DNA of 13,686 bases, taken from contig NW_021826017.1 in NCBI RefSeq assembly GCF_006345805.1, positions 1 through 13,686 on the forward strand. Direction: 5' to 3'. Positions 1-7,470 of the stretch are shown piece by piece. Made by a program: the position numbers and the translations under genes. A model generated the notes under the pieces. The model did no database searches, was not told the DNA's origin, and saw nothing but the letters and a program-made list of their open reading frames with translations. The DNA comes from Octopus sinensis. Its lineage: Eukaryota. Positions within the stretch are counted from its first letter, which is position 1. Every line of letters starts with the position of its first letter.

Positions 1-84
1 TATCTGGCCCACTGTGAAAAAAGTTTGGTGCCCCGCCTCACAACTTCTCCACATTCTCTGTAACATAATATACACTGTAGCTCC

Positions 85-725
85 AAAAAAAAAAAAAAAG
101 AAAAAAGCTAGGGGCATAACATTTCCTTCAATGCTGACGACTTCCAGAACCATCATAGTTGCTGGAAACTTGGAGCATGCATGACTGTTGAAACCACATT
201 CTGGACGTTGCATAACCGTCTATCGATCCTTCGTTTTACCTTCTGATATTGATCGAAGTGTTTCTCAATGGGGAAAAACCAAAGCAATCCACCCACTTGG
301 TGTTTTAACTTGTCTAGCAAGCGCTCTATTCGGATTGATCGATTCTCTCTTGTCAAATTAAATATAAACAGACTGCATCCACATCACATACGACTCGTAC
401 CGGATGTCCTCAAACACAACTCTTCTAATGGCGCATTCTGAAATTTTTAGGTCCTTTACAATGGCTTTGACTCTCTGGAGTTTTTATCAATTATTTCTTG
501 GACTTTTTCTACAAAATTATGTGTTCTGATGGTATTAGGACCCTGTCCATGTGGTTTGCGTTTAGCTTCTGATTCACACCTGTAGGTTCCAGATTCTTTC
601 GAACTTTGGCAAATAAAGATCGGGAAAATCTGAGGAAGCGAGATATCTCTGTACCAATATGCTGCACTTTTAACGTAACAATTGCAGCGTGCCTTTTTAT
701 TTGCTGAGTCAAACTGATATGACAT
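85..725 (-). mobile_element. Decayed Tc1/mariner-superfamily transposase relic, DD37D/maT-like (N-terminal HTH region to just past the first catalytic position)
   Basis: Frameshifted minus-strand pieces line up in the expected order: QQIKRHAAIVTLK..EISRFL..KVRK; RKPH..NTIRTHNFVEKVQEIIDKN; KAIVKDLKISECAIRRVVFEDIRYESYVM; ENRSIRIERLLDKLKH..LWFFPIEKHFDQYQKVKRRIDRRLC..TVMH; KFPATMMVLEVVSIEGNVMP. These match my recollection of maT-type motifs (WFFSDEKNFDQ, NRRNDRW, VMHTKFPATVMVLGVVS, GHVMPP). The first catalytic D reads as I. The relic is truncated at an A-run (~85-106) and no TIR was identified. Confidence 0.85.
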
Positions 726-807
726 TATTTATCTGAAAAGTAACGTAAAAAGGAAGTCAGAAGAAAAACCGAGTTCTTCAAAGAGGTCCTCAAAAACCGA
801 CGTACGT

Positions 808-847
808 TGTGTGTGTGTGGGTATATATATAATATATATATATATAT

Positions 848-880
<33 letters not shown>
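808..880. repeat. Compound (TG)n/(TA)n/(TATG)n microsatellite
   Basis: Read directly from the sequence. Confidence 0.95.
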
Positions 881-1038
881 ACAAGTGAATTTTAGGGCTT
901 ATAAATCTAATATTTTCCTATCCTTCCTTAGTATCGGTTACCGTATGCTACTCCTATCCTATCTGCACTAGGTCTGCTTAGTGGCATATGTTCTGTCACT
1001 TTTAGTTTAGTTTCACTCCATAATTGCCCACGTGCACA

Positions 1039-1093
1039 TGGCACAGTGGTTAAGAGCGCGGGCTACTAAGTCCAAGATTCCGAGTTCGATTCC
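1039..1093 (+). promoter_or_regulatory. tRNA-derived type 2 RNA polymerase III internal promoter (A and B boxes)
   Basis: TGGCACAGTGG fits TRGCNNARYGG and AGTTCGATTCC fits the B-box GGTTCGANNCC with one mismatch. The boxes are 33 nt apart, with an anticodon-loop-like CTACTAA at 1063-1069. Confidence 0.7.
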
Positions 1094-1196
1094 AGGCAGT
1101 GACCTGAATAACAATGATGATGTTGATGATAATAATGATAATAACAACATCGGAAAATACCTTAGAAATAAGAACCCAGGTTCCAAATTCCCCCAG

Positions 1197-1225
1197 GACA
1201 CCTGATGAAGCCGAAACGTTGTGTT
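1197..1225 (+). ncRNA. Minimal type I hammerhead ribozyme motif (HHR-1), helix II collapsed
   Basis: GACAC-CTGATGA-AGCC-GAA-ACGT-T-GTGTT. Helix I GACAC(1197-1201) pairs with GTGTT(1221-1225) (4 WC + 1 GU). The core CUGAUGA and GAAA is intact, helix III is the palindrome ACGU, and the predicted cleavage is GUU after 1220. Confidence 0.65.
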
Positions 1226-1322
1226 AACAACAAAGATGACAAATATCCGTCAAATGTAAATAATGTATATAGTTCCTCATCTCTCAAATATAGAACTGTA
1301 TATATATATATATATATAGTAG

Positions 1323-1675
1323 AGGCGCAATGACCCAGTGGTTAGTGCATTGGACCGGCGGTCGTAGGATCGCGGTTCCGATTCCCAGACCGGGAAAACA
1401 CCTAAAGCTCCACGAGGCTCCTGCAGAGGGTGGTGGCGAACCCTGCTGTACTCTTTCACCACAACTTTCTCTCACTCTTTCTTCCTGTTTCTGTTGTACC
1501 TGTAATTCAAAGGGCCAGCCTTGTCACACTGTCTCACATTGAATCTCACCGAGAACTACGTTAAGAGTACACGTATCTGTGGAGTGCTCAGCCACTTGCA
1601 CGTTAATCTCACGAGCATGCTGTTCCGTTGATCGGATCAACTGAATCCTCGTCGTTGTAACCGACGGAGTGCAAC
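1323..1675 (+). mobile_element. tRNA-derived SINE, near full length (~350 bp)
   Basis: A-box TGACCCAGTGG (1331-1341) and B-box-like GGTTCCGATTCC (1374-1385). The 3' tail has hairpins (GTTGATC-G-GATCAAC; CGTCG-ttgtaac-CGACG) typical of LINE-derived tails. It is flanked by (TA)n on both sides. Confidence 0.8.
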
Positions 1676-1697
1676 GAATATATATTAATAATATATA

Positions 1698-1737
<40 letters not shown>

Positions 1738-1770
1738 GTGTGTGTGTGGTTGTGTGTGTGGTGTGTGGTG
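1676..1770. repeat. (TA)n then degenerate (TG/GGT)n microsatellite
   Basis: Read directly from the sequence. Confidence 0.9.
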
Positions 1771-2152
1771 TGTGAGGTATACTTGCCATCTCAATATGTT
1801 TATACTCAGAGATTTATTTTGCTTGCATACAGTTTTTCGAGATCAATGACGAAAAGTTACTGGAAAAACGATATAAGTATTTGCATTGGGACTCCTTTCA
1901 TCGAAAACCGGTGATTGTCGTACGCTGAGGACAGGTCAATACCTAGAAACTGCAGTCCGTGCGTATCACTTTTGTTGACGAGGGAAAAACCATAAGGGCA
2001 CAGAAAGTGTGCCTAAAGCCAGCTGGAGACGCTGTTCTCCTGGGGCTACAAGCTACAGTAACACCCACCCTTAGTGGTTAGCCATATTGAGATGGCAAGT
2101 ATACCTCACATTGTCGTGCAGTTACTGTTTATACCTCGTTCAGAGATTTATT
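1771..2152 (+). mobile_element. Hammerhead-containing ~330-nt repeat unit with terminal redundancy and an inverted 5' segment (Penelope pLTR-like or retrozyme-like)
   Basis: Perfect 28-bp inverted repeat 1771-1798 / 2083-2110. Direct repeat TGTTTATAC[CTCGT]TCAGAGATTTATT at 1797-1818 and 2126-2152. Hammerhead at 1911-1969. Microsatellite flanks on both sides. Confidence 0.7.
1911..1969 (+). ncRNA. Type I hammerhead ribozyme motif (HHR-2), near intact, dimer-type helix III
   Basis: GTGAT-tgt-CGTACG-CTGAGGA-CAGG-tcaata-CCTA-GAA-ACTGCAGT-C-CGTGCG-t-ATCAC. Helix I has 6 bp plus an internal loop plus 5 bp. Helix II is AGG/CCU with a C.A mismatch at its base. Helix III is the perfect 8-nt palindrome ACUGCAGU. 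A canonical GUC cleavage site follows 1957. Confidence 0.8.
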
Positions 2153-2282
2153 ATATATATATATTATATATATATATATAACAATAGCTAGAGAGAAGCG
2201 GATGATGACCACTTTTTTCCATCTAAAGGGGGTATTTTTACCCGATTTCCTAAAGCTGTTTTCACAGTTATTCTGTACTCAT

Positions 2283-2430
2283 AAGCGCAAGTGTGGTTGT
2301 GTGATAAGATATTTGCTTCTCAGCAACATGGTTCCGGGTTCAGTCTCAATGCACAGCACTTTGAATAGTGTTTTTTTACTATACCACTTTATGAGTAGAT
2401 AGAAACTGAAAAAAAGCCTGCTGTGTGTAT
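2283..2430 (+). mobile_element. 5' fragment of a second tRNA-headed SINE family
   Basis: A-box-like TGGTTGTGTGA and B-box-like GGGTTCAGTC. GTTCCGGGTTCAGTC (2331-2345) is the exact reverse complement of 8003-8017. The GAAACTGAAA..AAGC segment is shared with the copy at 7657-8055. Confidence 0.75.
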
Positions 2431-2699
2431 ATATGTATACATACAGGGTTGTAAAAACGTCACCTGACAAGAAATCAAAACCCATTTAATTCCGAGATTA
2501 AAACAAAAAATTATTTTATATGAGACTTCGCTAATAAATAGGCAGATATTGAAAAAAAAAAAAAAAAGCGGTGATTTTTAACTCGCAGCATTCAATTATT
2601 AAACATTGGTAATTGGAATGAATAAATAAAATTGAATATTAAGTATTTATAGAATCACAGACACACACACATTTCTATGTGTGCGTGTTGCATTGCTTA

Positions 2700-2805
2700 G
2701 CACCCATAATGCAGTGGTTCGGCAATCAGAAACCGATAGAATAAGTATCAAGCTTAAAGCAAAAAGAAAGATGTAAGTACTAGTGTCGATTTGTTCATCT
2801 AAATA
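2700..2805 (+). mobile_element. 3' fragment of the same SINE family
   Basis: Shares GTTCGGCA..ACCGATAGAATAAG..AAGCTT..GTCGATTT with the reverse complement of ~7730-7805. Confidence 0.7.
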
Positions 2806-3204
2806 CTATCGTCCCGACGGAGACTTCACTGCTATTTCTAGCCGGCCAAGCCACCTGCTTCGAGTGTTCCTAATTGCCCAGAGAGGATTAAAACATTGCA
2901 GTACGTAACTAAATGAATGATACTCTAATCAGCGAGATTGATTTTTGCTTCTATTGTTTCGAGAGCAATCTACAATCTTGTGTGTGCATTCCAATTACCG
3001 AATCTCTCACTAAATGATGGCGTGTGTATTTTTTTTCTCTCTTCCGCCATAATGAGATTAAGAATAATTTAATTTTTATCAAGTATTATGCTTTGCAATT
3101 GAAAGCAACGTTGTAGACAGACCTTAAGATTTAAACACGAATGTTGAACAAACTATAAGTACATCGGAATGATTACCAATTACGATTTTCATATCGTTCG
3201 AACA

Positions 3205-3259
3205 GCATATATATACACCACACACACACACACACACACACCTATATATAATATATATT

Positions 3260-3297
<38 letters not shown>

Positions 3298-3329
3298 GAT
3301 ATATATATGTATATATGTATATATATATA

Positions 3330-3380
<51 letters not shown>

Positions 3381-4255
3381 GTATAATATGTATATATATA
3401 TATGCTATATATATATATATATATATGTATGTATATGTAAATATATACATATATATACACACATAGATATACCTATACTATTATATATTTATATATATAA
3501 TATCCATGTAGATATATTATATATATATACATATATATATGGATATGCATATTTATTATATATATATCTATATATATATATATATATATATATAATAATA
3601 ACAAATTTACACGTTCATCAGGGAATATATTTCACACATACATAGATACAAACATACATATATATATGTACACACACGAACGCACACACACATACATTAA
3701 TGAGTGGGTGTATGTATGTTGCATACACATATTTAATTACACCCGTATGTGTAAGTATACACGTATATCATTATACATACGTACATACATGCATGCATAC
3801 ATACATATATATATTTATATATTTATATATATATGTGTGTGTATGTATAATTTATATATATATGTGTGTGTGTATGTATAATATATATAAACCTATATAA
3901 ACACCCACGCACGTTTGTGCATATGTGTGTATGTGTATATCTATGAGTGTAATATATTTGAATACGTTATATGTGCGTATGTGTATGTGTATACATATAC
4001 ATATATATGTATATATGCATGTATATGTATATATATATATGCATATACATATATATATAAATACATATACATATATTTACATGCATTATATATATGGGTG
4101 TGTGCATTACGTATACGTATGTATGTCTGTATTTAAAATGCTTGTCTTTTTCTCTCTCCCCTCCTACATACATACATACATACATACATACATACATACA
4201 TACATACATACATACATACATACATACATACATACATACACGCACACACATATGT
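3205..4255. repeat. ~1 kb compound (TA)n/(CA)n/(TACA)n microsatellite field
   Basis: Read directly. It accounts for the Tyr/Ile/His/Thr-rich ORFs at 3124-4357. Confidence 0.95.
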
Positions 4256-4629
4256 ATGTATTACTTGTGGTACAGTAATCAGCCATCTTGTTTTGTTGTT
4301 AATTTTCCAAGAAATTTGTTGGCTAATTATTGCTTTATTACGAAAATAGTTTCTTAGGTTTTTGTTTCTTTTGCAGTTTTTTTTACATTTGTATATGTTG
4401 GTGATATTAACAATGATTTGCAGGGCTGTAGTGTGTTTTTCTTTGTTTTTAAATAGTCTTTTGAGAGAAGAGAAAGGCAACGTCTATACTTAACAACGCG
4501 GTAATACTGAGGAGAAGAAGGGAGGAATACCCTCACCGGAAAGCCTGTTCTGAATGCCTGGAACACAGTAGCGTTCTCTAGAGAATGCCAAAGTCCCAGG
4601 TAATGATGTTAAACTCGGTAACGGTTTAA

Positions 4630-4715
4630 GTGGGGCAGGATTTGAACTCAGAAGTAAGAGAACCATCGCATCTAATCTGATGCGTTAACATTCTTCCTGC
4701 TAGTCTATTGTCTTG
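4630..4715 (-). mobile_element. Degenerate SINE head fragment
   Basis: GCAGGATTTGAACTCAG is the reverse complement of a B-box-like CTGAGTTCAAATCCTGC. The rest is heavily diverged. A + strand SINE-tail remnant (GGGTCGATCTGTTCGACTAAAA) follows at ~4772-4800. Confidence 0.4.
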
Positions 4716-4831
4716 CCCTAGTCTAGAACTGGTAATCTAGGTATCGACTCAGGCAAAATATGTATTGGGGTGGGGTCGATCTGTTCGACTAAAACCTTTC
4801 AAGTCAGTGAATTGAAGCATTAAAACATATA

Positions 4832-5666
4832 TTGGGTCGTCCCATAAATAATGTGGATTTTTATACTATTTTTCAAACTTAAGATAAACAAAGTCCTTTT
4901 TTAATATAAAATATACTCTCCTCCATTTTCTGTAATGCTCTTCCATCTATCTGGTGGACTTGCAAGACCCCTCTCCCAAAATTCACTTGTCCGTGACGAA
5001 AAATACTCCTTCAGTACTTTTTCTGACCTCGTCTACAGAATTCCTATTTTTCCATCCAAATGATTCTGAAGACTGCGGAATAAATGGTAATCAAATGGAG
5101 CAATATCCGGCGAATATGATGAGTGGGGCATCGTTTCCCATTCGAACTGCTCCAGCCTTTGGAATGTCATCCTCATTGTATGTAGTCGAGCATTATCCTG
5201 ATAGAAGAACACCTTTTGTCTTGAAACCAAAGATGGTCGTTTTCCTTCTGGCGCTGACTTGAATGACAGGTTGAATGACCACATCCAAGCTTTTCTGCTT
5301 GTTCCTCAATAGTGACAATGAGATTTTGTTCTACCAGGCTTTGTAGGACGTCCTCCTCGAGCTTTACAGATCTTCCAGTACAGTAGTTTTACAGATCTTC
5401 TGGGCTGTAGTTTCCGACTCAGAATTTCTGAAACCACCGTTGACACTGGCTTATTGTCCGAACCTCATATACTGCATTAATATTCCTCGCACTCCGTTAT
5501 AGCTTTGAAAAGAATAACTGTTGAAATCGAACTTGCACAAAGAATAAGTACATGGTAAAATTACTACCTGTTTTTATAGCAACTTGATGCAGGTAGTATA
5601 ACCCGTTCCCCTCTGACTTTTAGTTCATGTAACTGAAAAAAACGCATTATTTATGGGATGAGCCAA
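4832..5666 (-). mobile_element. Internally deleted mariner (D34D) DNA transposon, 835 bp, both TIRs and TA target-site duplication present
   Basis: Left TIR TTGGGTCGTCCCATAAATAATGTGG.. starts at 4832. The right TIR ends at 5666 (reverse complement TTGGCTCATCCCATAAATAATGCG..), with 20 of the first 22 positions identical. TA lies at 4830-4831 and 5667-5668. A transposase remnant lies inside. Confidence 0.93.
4901..5500 (-). pseudogene. Mariner transposase pseudogene
   Basis: Reads SARNINAVYEVRTISQCQRWFQKF*VGNYSPED..GRSVKLEEDVLQSLVEQN..EEQAEKLGCGHST, then a deletion removing WVPHEL and the first catalytic D. It resumes KRPSLVSRQKVFFYQDNARLH..HSSYSPDIAPFDYHLFRSLQNHLDGK (exactly 34 aa between D2 and D3), then after a frameshift ..EFWERGLASPPDRWKSITENGGEYILY* (stop 4901-4903). 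Confidence 0.92.
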
Positions 5667-6084
5667 TATCTACTGACGTTCCGTTTGATGCAGAAAACCA
5701 AGGCCTTGGAGGTGCTGGTTTGCTGGTCCAAGATATGGAGTGAGGTCTTGTGAGGGCTGGGTTAAAGAGGAATGGGCTGATAAAAAGATGAGGCGGGAGG
5801 AAGTAAATAAACCCCGATGATGGAGGCTCGATTTAGCCAATGCATTTTTCTTTTTGCTGCCAGTACTGGCTGCATACTTTGGTGAACTACATCTACCAAC
5901 ATTATGATGGAATCTGAGCACCCCTCCCCAAACAGCTGTTGGACTTGTTACACCTTTCTCCACCCCACCTTTAATTTCTTCTATCGTTTTGTACTCTGAG
6001 TAAGTTCCATATATTAATATATAAATATCCATATATTTATAATTAAATATTTCGTCGTCTGATAATCTCCAGTGTTGTTTTCCT

Positions 6085-6158
6085 TCTGCTTACACACACA
6101 CATGTATGTTTATATATATGTATAATAATATATATATATATATATATTATAATATATA

Positions 6159-6206
<48 letters not shown>

Positions 6207-6208
6207 GA

Positions 6209-6240
<32 letters not shown>

Positions 6241-6250
6241 CATATATATA
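6085..6250. repeat. (CA)n/(TA)n microsatellite
   Basis: Read directly from the sequence. Confidence 0.95.
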
Positions 6251-6330
6251 TAATAAAATATTAGGGAATAAATCCAAACTTACAGGAAAAATCAGATTAG
6301 GATTGAATCCATTTTATAGTAAAATATTAT

Positions 6331-6580
6331 ATTATATTAAATTAGAGATAAAACCACTATTAGGCAAATCATACAAGAAAAACTTAAGCCATACATAAGA
6401 TTAATTAATTTATATTTTTTAAATATATATCAAAATTATTAAAAAATTTTGTGTTTACTAATTATCTTTTTTAATAATTTGATATATATTTAAAATAATA
6501 TAAATTAATTAATCTTATGTATTGGCTTAAGTTTTTCATTGTATGATTTGCCTAATAGTGGTTTTATCTCTAATTTAATA

Positions 6581-6584
<4 letters not shown>
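6331..6584. repeat. AT-rich foldback, ~116/118-bp arms with a 20-bp spacer
   Basis: 6331-6446 matches the reverse complement of 6467-6584 except for four single-base indels, with no substitutions. Confidence 0.92.
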
Positions 6585-6616
<32 letters not shown>

Positions 6617-6700
6617 GATTGAAAAACGGTAAAATAACAAAAGAAAGAAAGAGACCTCAATATTATGTAAATAGAGGAATTTATCTATACAATAATATGT

Positions 6701-6909
6701 TACATTACTCGATAGTCAAGATAAAACTCTGAGTTTCAGATGCCGAAGTGGAAATCCACAACACAGTTATAACACAGTAATTTCCCTTATTTATTAACGG
6801 TATTTTTTCATAGCGTTTTCAAATAGCCAGATAACGAAGAGATGGTTGTTGTGGATTTCCACTTCGGCATCTGAAACTCAGAGTTTTATCTTGACTATCG
6901 AGTAATGTA
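6701..6909. repeat. Perfect 63-bp inverted repeat with an 83-bp spacer
   Basis: 6701-6763 is the exact reverse complement of 6847-6909. The element is bounded by (TA)n on both sides. Confidence 0.95.
6829..6891 (+). ncRNA. Degenerate type I hammerhead motif (HHR-3), core missing U4
   Basis: AGATAA-C[-]GAAGA-GATG..GTGG-attt-CCAC..CATC-T-GAA-ACTCAGAGT-T-TTATCT. Helix I AGATAA/TTATCT has 6 WC pairs. Helix II is GATG/CATC with an apical GTGG/CCAC hairpin. Helix III is the palindrome ACTC-A-GAGT. The predicted site is GUU after 6885. Confidence 0.6.
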
Positions 6910-6910
6910 C

Positions 6911-7070
<160 letters not shown>

Positions 7071-7319
7071 TAATTAGTGAATGGAATCAGAATTTGGAAA
7101 ATTGTGGCCTTTGAAACATGTGTAGAATGTAATAAAAGGAATTCTGTACAATCTTCGTTCAACTCCATTTCTTCCATTCACTAATTCATTAAACTTCAAT
7201 TATCCGCACCATATGGTCTTATCTCCAACCGTGTTTTTTCTGCTGTGATTTTTGCTACCCAGGTATCGGTTAAACTTTTGAATAATCTGTAACAAAAAAT
7301 TCATCTTTCCATTTCAACA

Positions 7320-7388
7320 ATATATATACATATATATATATATATGCATATATTATATACATACATTATACATACCTATTTATCTATG

Positions 7389-7470
<82 letters not shown>

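Larger units (their letters stand above)
1033..1298 (+). mobile_element. Non-autonomous retroelement-like unit: tRNA-like head, (AAT/GAT) linker, hammerhead motif, ending in (TA)n
   Basis: A-box TGGCACAGTGG (1039-1049) and B-box AGTTCGATTCC (1083-1093), hammerhead core at 1202-1220, no T-run of 3 or more on the sense strand, and termination into (TA)n at ~1299. The 5' boundary is uncertain, as 880-1030 may belong to it. Confidence 0.7.

Noticed and set aside
134-175. CTGACGA ... GAAAC hammerhead-like match
   Set aside because: It lies in antisense maT coding sequence, and helices I and III do not pair. CTGAGGA at 630-636 likewise has no downstream GAAA.
1033-1100. Functional tRNA gene (also considered for 1323-1395)
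   Set aside because: The A/B boxes are present, but the acceptor, anticodon and T stems do not pair properly. These are SINE-type heads.
3615-3621. Minus-strand CTGATGA
   Set aside because: No GAAA or helices follow before the (TA)n tract.
3124-4357. Tyr/Ile/His/Thr/Val-rich ORFs of 66-158 aa
   Set aside because: They are translations of (TA)n/(CA)n/(TACA)n, which lack stop codons in some frames, and show no domain-like content.
4507-4550. CTGAGGA ... GAAA (4539-4542) hammerhead-like match
   Set aside because: There is no closing helix II pair, no helix III and no helix I partner. CTGAAGA at 5066 and 8370 also lack a downstream GAAA.
4954-5262. 102-aa + strand ORF
   Set aside because: It is the antisense shadow of the mariner transposase remnant.
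5670-6032. 120-aa minus-strand ORF as a gene
   Set aside because: It starts in a TA-rich tract and has no recognisable motif or homology that I can support.
7190-7320. Minus-strand peptide remnant (TDTWVAKITAEKTRLEIRPYGADN) as a PLE endonuclease fragment
   Set aside because: It is short, interrupted by stops, and I cannot match it to a definite motif without a search.
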